NCBI GenBank assembly: GCA_963729045.1
Contig: CAVSMN010000012.1
Coordinates: 160,001 to 224,000, forward strand
Reading direction: 5' to 3'
From: an uncultured Nitrososphaeraceae archaeon
GTDB lineage: Archaea; Thermoproteota; Nitrososphaeria; Nitrososphaerales; Nitrososphaeraceae
Length of the DNA stretch: 64,000 bases
Made by a program: the position numbers and the translations under genes. Shown piece after piece: positions 9,830 through 19,941 of this stretch. The notes beneath the pieces were generated by a model that saw only the letters and a program-made list of their open reading frames with translations, did not search any database and was not told where the DNA came from. Position 1 is the first letter of the stretch. Each line of letters opens with the position of its first letter.

Positions 9830-11335
9830 ATGTCCGAGAGCAACAGAAATTCTGCCAATGATGAGAACAATAGCATCAATAATACGGACGTCGATAGACC
9901 TAGACGGAGAAAGAGAAATACAGTGGGCCATTTGCCATGGGAGCTCCTTAAATTTGTCAAAAACGAATCATATTCGTTACTTATAAAAGGTAAACCTGGA
10001 ACTGGTAAAACTACATTCGCACTAACTTTATTAGACAATCTTAATGATGATAGTAACTACTTTTATATATCAACTCGTCTATCTTTGAAACAATTATTAT
10101 TTTATTACCCTTGGGTCGAAAAATTTTTCTCCAAGGATGAGAACAAATCTGGCTATAGGTTTGAAGATGCTCGGCTAGATGAACCTGAATCATTATTTGA
10201 AAGAATCACTAATCAATTGATGGATGTAAAATCTCCTGTCATAATTATCGATACATGGGACACTATTGCATCATTTATGGATCGAGAATCTAGACTAAAT
10301 AATGAGAGAGTTTTGCAGATTTGGAGGGAGCGGGCAGGTGCAAAATTAATCTTCCTAACCGAAACATTCGATCTTGGAATATTGGATTCAATTGTTGATG
10401 GAGTTATTACTTTAGATAACAGCATATTTGAGTCTTCTAACAACAGACAATTGACAATCAATAAGCTTAGAGGCTTACCAATTAGGTGTAGTAGTTACTA
10501 TTATTCGTTATATAATGGGGTGTTTTATACTTCCGACCTAATTAGAGATTTAAATTTGTTTTCAACTTTTGAAAAAATTAAACCCATTTATGAGAGGTCA
10601 AAACTAATTCTTGAGGGTTCAAACAAGTCAAAGTCTAGCAGACCCGGCGACTTTGATGTGAAGGAACTTTTTATAAAGAATAACTTCATTTCAATTTTTG
10701 TAGAAAATGAGATTAGTAATGAATTGTTGATATCTTTGTTATTAAAGCCGCTTTGTTTTTGGATAAACAGGACCAACCATAAAATGATGTTAAATAATTT
10801 TGGCCCCGGTTTCAGGTATTTGTGTGAGAGAATTTTGAATTATCACTTGACCCGCGATAAAGTTACCGACAAATTATTAAACCAAGAGATTGATTTTTCA
10901 AGTTCATTTGGAGTCCTTAGGGGCACATCAGAGAAGGAAGAATCTCATGAAGGTGAAAATGGCATTGATTTTGAAAAGATTAAGCATTTAAAAAGTGTAA
11001 ATTCGGGGCCAAGCACGAATCCAAAACTATACAACTTTATACCCATACAAGATGAAATGAAGATCCTGAATATTTTAAATGCATCTAATTTAATATCTCT
11101 AATAGATGATGAATCTTTCTTAAAAGTATTGCAAGATAACTTTGCCGCGAATGTGATTGTTGTCAATCACCATAAACGGAACTTAAATTTCCAATTCACG
11201 GAAAAAGGCATACACATTAAGATGAACTTGGTCGGAAAAAATATTTTGATTAGACTTATGAATGATGATATTATGTTGTTTGAAACAATAATTGACAGAT
11301 CCCGCTTGTTTGTGGAATGGCGTCCTGTTTTTTGA
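9830..11335 (+). CDS. GvpD/KaiC-like (RecA-fold) P-loop ATPase
   Basis: SLLIKGKPGTGKTT Walker A, IIIDTWD Walker B, VDGVITL, INKLRG; second half lacks a Walker A. Confidence 0.75.
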   Translation: MSESNRNSANDENNSINNTDVDRPRRRKRNTVGHLPWELLKFVKNESYSLLIKGKPGTGKTTFALTLLDNLNDDSNYFYISTRLSLKQLLFYYPWVEKFFSKDENKSGYRFEDARLDEPESLFERITNQLMDVKSPVIIIDTWDTIASFMDRESRLNNERVLQIWRERAGAKLIFLTETFDLGILDSIVDGVITLDNSIFESSNNRQLTINKLRGLPIRCSSYYYSLYNGVFYTSDLIRDLNLFSTFEKIKPIYERSKLILEGSNKSKSSRPGDFDVKELFIKNNFISIFVENEISNELLISLLLKPLCFWINRTNHKMMLNNFGPGFRYLCERILNYHLTRDKVTDKLLNQEIDFSSSFGVLRGTSEKEESHEGENGIDFEKIKHLKSVNSGPSTNPKLYNFIPIQDEMKILNILNASNLISLIDDESFLKVLQDNFAANVIVVNHHKRNLNFQFTEKGIHIKMNLVGKNILIRLMNDDIMLFETIIDRSRLFVEWRPVF

Positions 11336-11393
11336 TCATCTATTGTAAGCGTCCGTCAATAAATTTAATTTAATCAGGTCGTGAAATTAACAA

Positions 11394-12329
11394 ATGGAAG
11401 ATATATTATCAGTTTTTGATTTAACACTTGAGGAGAGTAGGAAGTTATTTGAAAAGATAACATCGATTCACAATGATCAGAATCTTCAAGGATTCATTTC
11501 GGATATTGGTATGAGTTCAGGTGACTATCTTAATTTTCAAATACCAGATAATCTAGTTGTGGTGGGAGACCTCCATGGTGATTTTACTTCGTTAAAAAAA
11601 ATAATGAATGAGATCAACTATAAAGAGTATTTAAGGGCCGAGTCAAACATACTAATTTTCTTGGGTGATTATGTTGATAGAGGTAAGTATTCTCTGGAGG
11701 TTTTGCTATTCCTGTGTGGTATTAAATCTTTATTCCCTAATAACATGTTCATGTTAAGAGGAAATCATGAAGCGTATCATAGATTTCCATTTTCAGCGTT
11801 TGATTTTCCCAGGGATCTCCAAAACAAATTTGGTGGTTCTGGCCAAACTCTCTATACAAATACAATAGTGCCATTTTTCGATTCTCTTTCTAGTATTTGC
11901 GAAATAAATGGCTTTGGCCTTTTAGTGCATGGTGGTTTGCCTGTCATTGAAGATATGGAGTTTTTTAGAAATTATAAATTTAGATTATCTGAGATGAAAT
12001 CAGACGGAGAATTATTAGAAGAGATTCTTTGGAATGATCCTAGGGAATTTACCGATAGAAATTGGCAGTCCTCAAATAGGGGTCTAGGTAAATACTTTGG
12101 AATCAATATTACAAAGAATTGGCTCAGTCATACTAATACTAAGTTAATAATAAGAGGACATGAACCGTGTATGGGTTATAAATTCAATCACAATAATACA
12201 GTGATGACACTTTTCTCATCTAAAGATCCATACCCAAAATTTGAATCTGCGTATTTGGAAATTTCAAAAAAACAAATGGAATCCCTGAACCTAACTCTTG
12301 ATATTAAGGATTTTGTTCACGGCATTTAG
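11394..12329 (+). CDS. PPP-family Ser/Thr protein phosphatase
   Basis: GDLHG, GDYVDRG, LRGNHE, VHGG, LWNDP, IRGHE. Confidence 0.9.
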   Translation: MEDILSVFDLTLEESRKLFEKITSIHNDQNLQGFISDIGMSSGDYLNFQIPDNLVVVGDLHGDFTSLKKIMNEINYKEYLRAESNILIFLGDYVDRGKYSLEVLLFLCGIKSLFPNNMFMLRGNHEAYHRFPFSAFDFPRDLQNKFGGSGQTLYTNTIVPFFDSLSSICEINGFGLLVHGGLPVIEDMEFFRNYKFRLSEMKSDGELLEEILWNDPREFTDRNWQSSNRGLGKYFGINITKNWLSHTNTKLIIRGHEPCMGYKFNHNNTVMTLFSSKDPYPKFESAYLEISKKQMESLNLTLDIKDFVHGI

Positions 12330-12353
12330 GAATTTTATGATTCATATAGCAAT

Positions 12354-13274
12354 TTAAAGCTCTGTCTTGGACTTTATTTCTTTACATCGTTTTCTTAATG
12401 AAACAGTTGAAATTTCTGCAACTTGGCATATTTCCACTTGCCTTAAAAATTCATTGCAATTCTGGGAAGCGAGATAAATTATAGATCCTGCCAAGGCTCT
12501 TGGATTTTTGCCTATTGAAATTCTATTCTGCTGTACTAGTGAAAATATTCGCAGAGCTTCTCTTTTGGTCTTTTCGCTAAGTTGTAAGCGGTTACATATT
12601 AGAGTAACATAATCTGGCCCATGCAAAACTGGCATCTGTAGGGAGAGTTCCTTTAATATTAATTTATAGTGAGACATGATATCTTTTGTGGTTATATTAC
12701 AAGCTGTTGCGATATCTGTAATCGTTTTAGGAGTGGCAGTTTCTCTGCAAGCTGCATATAAGGCTGCCCCTACTAACCCTAGTGTTGATCGTCCCTTGGC
12801 TAATTTCTTAATTGCTGCCTTTCTATAGATATAAGCAGCTCCTTCTATCACTGCCTGACTGAGATATAATTTATCTCCAAAGTTATTCAACAGTTTTAAG
12901 GCTTTTTCTAAATTCCTAGAAACAGAATCATTAAGTTGAGCTCTGTTATTCCAAGTCCTTAATCTTTGGATATTATTTTTTTGAGACGAATCCAAGGCTT
13001 TCCCTCTTGCATCAGTGTCCCCAATTCCAATTAATGTAGAAAGCCCTTTGTTATGGATTGCAAGTGATTCAGGCATACCCGTTCTGGTCCTGTCGTTATA
13101 CCCCGAATTATTTCTAAAGCTTGCCATAGAGTCAGAATTTGGATCCTGGCTCGATACACAACCGCAAGAGGAGCATACGTATTCGAAAGATACATTATCA
13201 AAAATAACAGAATCACTTTTACAAAATTCACATACTAGTGGCTTTGAATTCTCTACCTTGCCTTCTGGATGCAT
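12354..13274 (-). CDS. tfb: transcription initiation factor IIB paralogue (divergent)
   Basis: CxxC-x16-CxxC ribbon, RTGMP...HNKGLST, two cyclin repeats, GKNP. Confidence 0.9.
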   Translation of the reverse strand: MHPEGKVENSKPLVCEFCKSDSVIFDNVSFEYVCSSCGCVSSQDPNSDSMASFRNNSGYNDRTRTGMPESLAIHNKGLSTLIGIGDTDARGKALDSSQKNNIQRLRTWNNRAQLNDSVSRNLEKALKLLNNFGDKLYLSQAVIEGAAYIYRKAAIKKLAKGRSTLGLVGAALYAACRETATPKTITDIATACNITTKDIMSHYKLILKELSLQMPVLHGPDYVTLICNRLQLSEKTKREALRIFSLVQQNRISIGKNPRALAGSIIYLASQNCNEFLRQVEICQVAEISTVSLRKRCKEIKSKTEL

Positions 13275-13445
13275 AAAACTATATTCAATCCTTTATCACT
13301 TATAACAGTTATTATTTATCTTTTTTCAAATAATTAAGTATATCTATGTTAGCGATAATTCGTACTATGACTTTGAGTCTTCATGACGAAATAATGATTA
13401 AATAAACGATTAAATTATTAAATAATAATAATACTAGTTATTTAA

Positions 13446-14834
13446 TTGATTGACAATCCTGCTTTAATGATAGCTATGATTCTTTGGATATTCTTTATAC
13501 CTAACGCTGTTAAATTATTCTATAGGTTTGTCAGAAATAATAAACAATTTATAGAGAAGGATCTAAGGAGAATTCCCAATGATCCAAAGATTATTTTCCA
13601 AATTACTACTAAATCCGCTACCAAAACCAGTGTTGTAAAACGAGGAATTCAATCGATTATTGACTCATGCAAATCTACAAAATACTGGAAATTCGAGATT
13701 TTGGTTGTAACTGAGGATCCTAAAGATACTAAGACATTGGAATCCATGCCTTGTAAAGTACTTTGCGTGGAAAAGAGCTTTTCACCTAACGCCATAAAGA
13801 AAGCCAGAGCACTGCAATTCGCGATAGAGTCAAGGAGAAAACAAAAAAAGCAGAATTCTGACCATTGGATTTTTCATATGGATGATGAGAGTTATGTGGT
13901 GCCGCAAACCATTCTCTCTATTTTAAAATTTATACGGGAAAAGAAGGGAATAGCAAGTGAGGGTCCAATATTTTATCCTCTTAAATTTGAAAAAGCTAAT
14001 AGGATTACTGCTTTGGCAGAATCTATGAGAGCTTTTGGTTGTTTTGAATGTGTTACACATATGCACAATCCTCCTCCAATACATATGCACGGGAGTAATC
14101 TTCTCGTTCGATCAGACGTGGAGGACAAGATTGGTTGGGAATTTGGACCTATCTTGGCTGAGGATCAAAGATTTGGATATGAATTGTATAAGAAATATGG
14201 AAGGAATTCGATGGGATGGCATGGAGGAATTCTCTTGGAACAACCTCCACTTGACATCAAAGATCATTTTATGCAGAGGAGACGTTGGGTGATAGGCAAC
14301 TTACAAAATATAGAGAATTTTTCAAGGCTTTTCAAGGCTCGATTAATATATAAATGCACATCATTTTTTCTTGGGTTTGTATCTGGAGTAATCTCTTTAG
14401 CCTTGGCCTTTTACATCAATATCCCTAAACTAATGAGTGTATTTTCATATGCAAGTTTTGATTGGAACAATAACATTAATTTTGATTTGTTTCTTTGGTT
14501 TGATCGAATAATACATATCAACAGCTCATATAACGAGATATTTAGACCACTTTTTGATATTCAAGTTTTTGATAGTACACTTGCTTTGATCTTGCTCTTT
14601 TCAGGTACAGTTTGGATATTGGGTTATCAAGTAGGACTCTTTCTTAATCTCAAGTATACCAGAATTGGACGATCGAAGCGAATATCTTTACATATGCAGA
14701 CTTTTTTACTAGCTCCACTTTTGGGATTGTTGGAATCGTTTCCTGCGTTTTATTCAATCATCGAATTTTATTTCTATAAGTTAATAAGGCAAAATAAGTT
14801 GAAATCATATGATTTTTACGTTGTAAAAAAATAG
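13446..14834 (+). CDS. membrane GT2 glycosyltransferase
   Basis: KKARAL, FHMDDES, HGSN, AED, QRRRW; hydrophobic C-terminal helices. Confidence 0.85.
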   Translation: MIDNPALMIAMILWIFFIPNAVKLFYRFVRNNKQFIEKDLRRIPNDPKIIFQITTKSATKTSVVKRGIQSIIDSCKSTKYWKFEILVVTEDPKDTKTLESMPCKVLCVEKSFSPNAIKKARALQFAIESRRKQKKQNSDHWIFHMDDESYVVPQTILSILKFIREKKGIASEGPIFYPLKFEKANRITALAESMRAFGCFECVTHMHNPPPIHMHGSNLLVRSDVEDKIGWEFGPILAEDQRFGYELYKKYGRNSMGWHGGILLEQPPLDIKDHFMQRRRWVIGNLQNIENFSRLFKARLIYKCTSFFLGFVSGVISLALAFYINIPKLMSVFSYASFDWNNNINFDLFLWFDRIIHINSSYNEIFRPLFDIQVFDSTLALILLFSGTVWILGYQVGLFLNLKYTRIGRSKRISLHMQTFLLAPLLGLLESFPAFYSIIEFYFYKLIRQNKLKSYDFYVVKK

Positions 14835-14932
14835 ATTGTAGATATTGAGTGCTGAAAGCCTCTCAGAATTGCAATGCTTGAAGATACGTATTCGTGTGGA
14901 TATTTCTACAAGGAACAAGTCTAAAAATGCGA

Positions 14933-15030
14933 TGGAGGAGGTGGGATTCGAACCCACGAACCCCTAAAGGACGGGATTTCTTAATTTAATCTTGAGTCCT
15001 GCGCGTTTGACCAGGCTACGCGACTCCTCC
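14933..15030 (-). tRNA. tRNA-Leu(CAA) with 13 nt intron at 37/38 (intron 14978..14990)
   Basis: Reverse strand GGAGGAG...CAGGA-CTCAAG-[ATTAAATTAAGAA]-ATCCCG, long variable arm, GTGGG-TTCGAAT-CCCAC, CTCCTCC-A. Confidence 0.93.
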
Positions 15031-15167
15031 TTTGTTAAACTAATGAATAAAACTCTGTATATAATCTTTTGATCTTTGAAGAGTACCAAATTCCCAAATG
15101 CAGATAAGATAGTTGAAAATTAGAATGATAAAATTTTATATTAATTAGAACTAAACATAATGAAAAG

Positions 15168-15467
15168 ATGACAATGAAGATAAATGAACTAACGAATGAT
15201 ATGAGACATGTTACGATTGAAGGTAAGATCGAAAAAATAAGTGAACCTAGGACAGTAAATTTACGTGCAGGAGGCTCGGCGCTTGTAGCTGATGCCATGA
15301 TATCCGATGATACCGGCAGCATTAAGCTATCGTTATGGGATGATCAAATAAAGATGGTTAAAGAAGGTGACAAAATATCAATAGAGAATGGGTATACTCA
15401 AGCTTTTAGAGGGGAGAATAGTCTAAACATTGGACGATACGGAAAAATTGCAGTTATGGATGAATAA
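15168..15467 (+). CDS. ssb: single OB-fold ssDNA-binding protein
   Basis: SDDTGSIKLSLW, ENGYT, LNIGRYG as in crenarchaeal-type SSB. Confidence 0.85.
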   Translation: MTMKINELTNDMRHVTIEGKIEKISEPRTVNLRAGGSALVADAMISDDTGSIKLSLWDDQIKMVKEGDKISIENGYTQAFRGENSLNIGRYGKIAVMDE

Positions 15468-16249
15468 AAACCTTTTTGTAACCTATCATTTTATATTTTT
15501 ATTGGGCAAAACTATGGAAGCCTTTTTGTAAAGTTTTACGTACGATCCTTTCAATCTTGATAAATTACTATATTTCATCCGACCATTTGTATCCAATAGG
15601 GTGTTAGATAACATATTAACAGAAAATGCCGGAGTGCCTGCAAAGATGCAATTTTATCCAAATCCCCTTCAAAAATTTAATGCGCTAGAAAAAATGGTTT
15701 AATCTCAAAATTCAACTCATAGAACCCATGCCACCAATCAGCAATTAATCATGAGAAGAAATTCTACTACTAATATGAAATGTTATCATTTTTCTCTGTA
15801 ATAATCTAGTCGCTAAATTTCTGCTTGAATTCGTTAGCAAAGATTATCACTTCCAATTGGAAATATGAGGAATATAATAGGATAGGTTGCGATTACCATT
15901 GTTCCTTAAACTAAAGCAAACCGTAAACCAACCGTAAATTCCAGGGTAATTTATATGAACATTGTCTGGATCTTGGATTATTAATCCTGGGCTTATATTT
16001 AGTGGCTTTGGTATAAAAATATTATCGTTTCTACATTCTAATCCTACTAGTATATTTCGTTTGGATGCTTTTGAATGTAAATTTGTTTATTCTTTATGTC
16101 ATCTCAATCCGATTTGCGATTTGGTATTACTGTTATTGTTTTTCTTTTACTGTTACAAGATCACACTATAATTTTATTTTATATCATAACGAAATCATTT
16201 TGTTATGCAATTATTATAAACTCCTATATTTTATAAATTGTTTTTCATA

Positions 16250-17381
16250 ATGATGCATTATCTTAAATGTTATACTTTTCTATTTCTAATGATTCCAACT
16301 CTTTTCTTGGCTGGCTTATCTAGTTCAGTGTCTTTTGGGGCAACTGACAAACCCCAGATTATCACTCCCTCAAAAATCATTTGTTGCAAGGATGATACTA
16401 GTACCAGTTCAGATTCTGCTTCAACTTCTCTTGCAAGCCCATTAAAGAAAATAAGTACGAAACCGACCCAACACGATGAAGCAGTTGAAACAGAGAAAAC
16501 CGATTCTACTTCCACTTCTCTTGCAAGCCCATTAAAGAAAATAAACACTGATGAGAAAAAAATTATCACTCCCTCAAAAATCATTTGTTGCAAGGATGAT
16601 ACTAGTACCAGTTCAGATTCTGCTTCAACTTCTCTTGCAAGCCCATTAAAGAAAATAAGTACTAAACCGACCCAACACGATGAAGCAGTTGAAACAGAGA
16701 AAACCGATTCTGCTTCAACTTCTCTTGCAAGCCCATTAAAGAAAATAAGTACTAAACCGACCCAACACGATGAAGCAGTTGAAACAGAGAAAACCGATTC
16801 TGCTTCAACTTCTCTTGCAAGCCCATTAAAGAAAGTAAGTACTAAACCGACCCAACACGATGAAGCAGTTGAAACAGAGAAAACCGATTCTGCTTCCACT
16901 TCCCTTCTTGCAAGCCCATTAAAGAAAATAAACACAGATGAGAAAAAAATTATCACTCCCTCAAAAATCATTTGTTGCAAGGATGATACTAGTGACCAGT
17001 TCAGATTCCACATTCTACTTCCACTTCTCTTGCAAGCCCATTAAAGAAAATAAGTACTAAACCGACCCAACACGATGAAGCAGTTGAAACAGAAAAGTCG
17101 AGTCATGAAACTTCCGAAGAAGCAGTGATGATCGAAACCTTTCTGACTTAATTCAAACTAACCTAGGTAAACTGCTTAACGTAAATTCAGATGAGATTGA
17201 GGATAACAACAAAGATGCAAAAGACATCAATGATAACAACAATGATAACAACAATGATAACAACAATGATAACAACAATGATAACAACAATGATAACAAC
17301 AAAGATGCAAAAGACATCAATGATAACAACAATGATAGGTTAGATGAATTAAGGACGATTGTAAGCGCAGTTTTATCTTAA
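16250..17381 (+). CDS. secreted low-complexity repeat protein (frameshifts near 16990-17020 and 17120)
   Basis: Signal-peptide-like N-terminus, 30/38 aa repeats, Asp/Asn-rich tail ending RLDELRTIVSAVLS* at 17381 in a shifted frame. Confidence 0.65.
16358..17096 (+). repeat. intragenic tandem array of 90 nt (A) and 114 nt (B) units sharing a ~42 nt core
   Basis: GATTCTGCTTCAACTTCTCTTGCAAGCCCATTAAAGAAAA recurs at ~16412, 16502, 16616, 16706, 16796, 16886 and ~17010. Confidence 0.95.
17229..17300 (+). repeat. (AATGATAACAAC)x6 minisatellite encoding NDNN
   Basis: Six exact 12-mers, flanked by two copies of GATAACAACAAAGATGCAAAAGACATC. Confidence 0.95.
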
Positions 17382-17396
17382 TTCATCTTGAATTTG

Positions 17397-17723
17397 TTAT
17401 TTTGAATTAATCAGACATTCAAGAATCTTAAACATGTTTTTTACTTCTTTTGAAGGCCCTTTGATGTCTAGCTTAATTCCACCATTAATGGATATCTTTG
17501 CCAGATTTAATAATCCGCCTTTTTCTTTGTATTCTAATCCTTGCAATCTCTCAATTTTTTCGCAAATAACATCCTCTGATTTGTTTATGAATCCGCTTTC
17601 CCTGTATAATAAAATCCTCTTATTTGTGATGAACAAGTCATACTTCTTGTTGGCATATTCAATGTCCCTTCGACAAACAAATTTCACTTTTTCTTCAGGT
17701 ACTAAGAAATCTTTAAGAGGCAT
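17397..17723 (-). CDS. small PH-like domain protein
   Basis: 108 aa, L.PEEKV...LFITNKRILLY pattern typical of prokaryotic PH domains. Confidence 0.6.
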   Translation of the reverse strand: MPLKDFLVPEEKVKFVCRRDIEYANKKYDLFITNKRILLYRESGFINKSEDVICEKIERLQGLEYKEKGGLLNLAKISINGGIKLDIKGPSKEVKNMFKILECLINSK

Positions 17724-17793
17724 TTTAGAATAATTTCCAATTAGCTATATATTGAATGTAGTCTATGGATTTAATCTGTTTAGTAATTATATT

Positions 17794-18439
17794 TTAGCTT
17801 CTTTTAGACAAGAACTTGCTCGGTTGATATTGCAAACTATGACGATCTTGCCTTAGCATAATGAATCTCCATTTTTTTTCAATTCCAGTTGAGATGCCAA
17901 TTCTGATAGTTTGAGCGACCTTGAATTTGTGAAATCGAGAAATACTCTCATTTTCCTCGAAATAAAAGTAATTATTTATTGCATGATTGGTTGCATCAAG
18001 ATTGTTATGTTTAATGGTAATCTTAAATGCCTGTGTTAATCTTCCTGGTCCTGTGGTCAAATTGTATATATTTTCTGTTTTCCTGAACAACTTCATTAGA
18101 CTAATTCCTTCAATAGGCTCTATTGACCGAATTAGGACTGCTCCTGCCAATTTGATCGTGATTCCTTGCTACAATATTGAGACAATGATGATTCCCATAA
18201 ATAAAGTAAATATAGAGTCGTCCTACTTCTCCAAACATTGAGGCATTTCTAAGAGTCAATCTTTTATATGCATGGCTCGCGGGGTCATCCGTATATCCAT
18301 ATGCCTCCGTTTCTGTAATTATTCCACTGGTCTTAAAGTAATTGCCCATAAAATTTGTGTACTTGACTAACACCTTTCCAATCAAGGAACTAGCTACCTT
18401 GGGCGTTTCATTCTCAAAAAATGATTTTTTGAGCCTCAA
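17794..18439 (-). CDS. mpg: 3-methyladenine DNA glycosylase (MPG/AAG), frameshift near 18150
   Basis: ITETEAY, DPASHA, YIYFIYGNH; then GAVLIRSIEP, GPGRL, RIGIS, WRF. Confidence 0.88.
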
Positions 18440-18482
18440 CTATTGTGTTAAAGTAATATAAGGTTTCTATATTTTTTTACCT

Positions 18483-19739
18483 ATGGAATATAGAATTAAG
18501 GATATTTCCTTGGCAGATAAAGGTAAAAAAAAAATTGAGTGGGCTGAAGCAAATATGCCCGTATTACTATCTTTAAAGAATAAATTCAAAGAATCAAAAC
18601 CGCTAAAGGATCTTGTGGTTGGGGGTTGTTTGCACGTAACTAAGGAAACAGCAGTTTTAACCAAAACACTTGCTGCAGCAGGAGCCAAAATAGCATGGTC
18701 AGGTTGTAATCCATTAAGCACTAATGATGATATTGCTGCCTCACTAGTAAAAGACGAAGAATTGTCAGTTTTCGCTAGCAGGGGAGTATCAACTAGCGAA
18801 TATTATGAAGATATATACTCAGTCCTGAAGTTCAATCCTGATATTACGATTGATGACGGAGCAGACCTTACAATTGAATTTCATAAAGCATTTGAAAAAT
18901 ACGGAAAGAATATCATTGGTGGGACGGAGGAAACTACCACCGGAGTATTAAGATTGAAAGCTCTTGAAAAAACATCAAAACTTAGTTATCCTATAGTGGC
19001 TGTTAATGATGCTGAAACTAAGCATGACTTTGATAATGTTTATGGTACTGGCCAATCTGCTTTAGATGGTATTATTCGGGCAACTAATGTATTGATTGCT
19101 GGTAAATCCATAGTCGTTGCTGGATACGGACATGTTGGAAAGGGAATAGCAAGTAGGGCTAGGGGATTCGGAGCATCGGTAATTGTAACTGAAATTGATC
19201 CCATAAATGCCTTAAAAGCAAAGATGGATGGATTCATAGTTGCTCCAATGGAGGAAGCATCGTCGATTGGCGATTTATTTATTACCTCTACAGGTTGCAA
19301 GGATGTTATCGTTGGTTCTCATATAGAAAGAATGAAGAATGGCGTGATCCTTGCTAACGCAGGACACTTTAATGTAGAGATATCTATTGAAGAAATCAAA
19401 GGTCTGGCTAAAAGTTCAAAGCATGTAAATGAAAATGTAGAACAATTTATTTTGAAAAATGAAGCAAAAATAAATGTAATTGGGGAGGGAAGATTGGTAA
19501 ACCTAGTAGCTGCAGAGGGTCACCCATCCGAAGTTATGGATATGAGTTTTGCTAACCAGTTCTTATCCGTACTTAACCTTGTTAATAATAAGGGTAAATT
19601 TGAAAATAAAATTTACGAGATTGATAGGGACCAAGATCTGCTCATTGCTGGCCTAAAGTTAGAAGCAATGGGGATTAACATTGATAAATTATCTGAGACA
19701 CAAAATAAATATCTCAGTGAATATGGTGAGGGGACTTGA
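18483..19739 (+). CDS. ahcY: adenosylhomocysteinase
   Basis: CLHVTKET, GCNPLST, DDGAD, EETTTG, FDNVYGTGQS, GHPSEVMDMSF. Confidence 0.97.
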   Translation: MEYRIKDISLADKGKKKIEWAEANMPVLLSLKNKFKESKPLKDLVVGGCLHVTKETAVLTKTLAAAGAKIAWSGCNPLSTNDDIAASLVKDEELSVFASRGVSTSEYYEDIYSVLKFNPDITIDDGADLTIEFHKAFEKYGKNIIGGTEETTTGVLRLKALEKTSKLSYPIVAVNDAETKHDFDNVYGTGQSALDGIIRATNVLIAGKSIVVAGYGHVGKGIASRARGFGASVIVTEIDPINALKAKMDGFIVAPMEEASSIGDLFITSTGCKDVIVGSHIERMKNGVILANAGHFNVEISIEEIKGLAKSSKHVNENVEQFILKNEAKINVIGEGRLVNLVAAEGHPSEVMDMSFANQFLSVLNLVNNKGKFENKIYEIDRDQDLLIAGLKLEAMGINIDKLSETQNKYLSEYGEGT

Positions 19740-19841
19740 TCATTCAAGCACAACCATTTACCATCCTGTAATTGTAGCGAAGACTAGGAGCCAAAAGTTA
19801 ATTAATCTTCATATTTTATCTCTAGAAGAGCATTCATTGCT

Positions 19842-19916
19842 GGATGGGTGGTCTAGTCTGGTTAGGATACCTGTCTCACACACAGGTGGTCGAGAGTTCA
19901 AATCTCTCCTCATCCA
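19842..19916 (+). tRNA. tRNA-Val(CAC)
   Basis: GGATGGG acceptor / CTCATCC-A, anticodon arm CCTGT-CTCACAC-ACAGG, GAGAG-TTCAAAT-CTCTC. Confidence 0.95.
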
Positions 19917-19941
19917 TCGCGCTTTAAACACTAATTCAAAA

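Noticed and set aside
15468..16249. Short ORFs and a protein-like minus-strand fragment (IADWWHGFYELNF, ~15700-15745)
   Set aside because: Multiple stops and no identifiable family; may be an old gene remnant but cannot be supported
16270..17013. 247 aa antisense ORF
   Set aside because: Mirror of the repeat gene; a stop-free repeat unit propagates an open frame
16358..17096. CRISPR-like look: constant ~42 nt core alternating with other segments
   Set aside because: The intervening segments are only two recurring sequences, unit lengths are multiples of 3 in an open frame, and there are no cas genes
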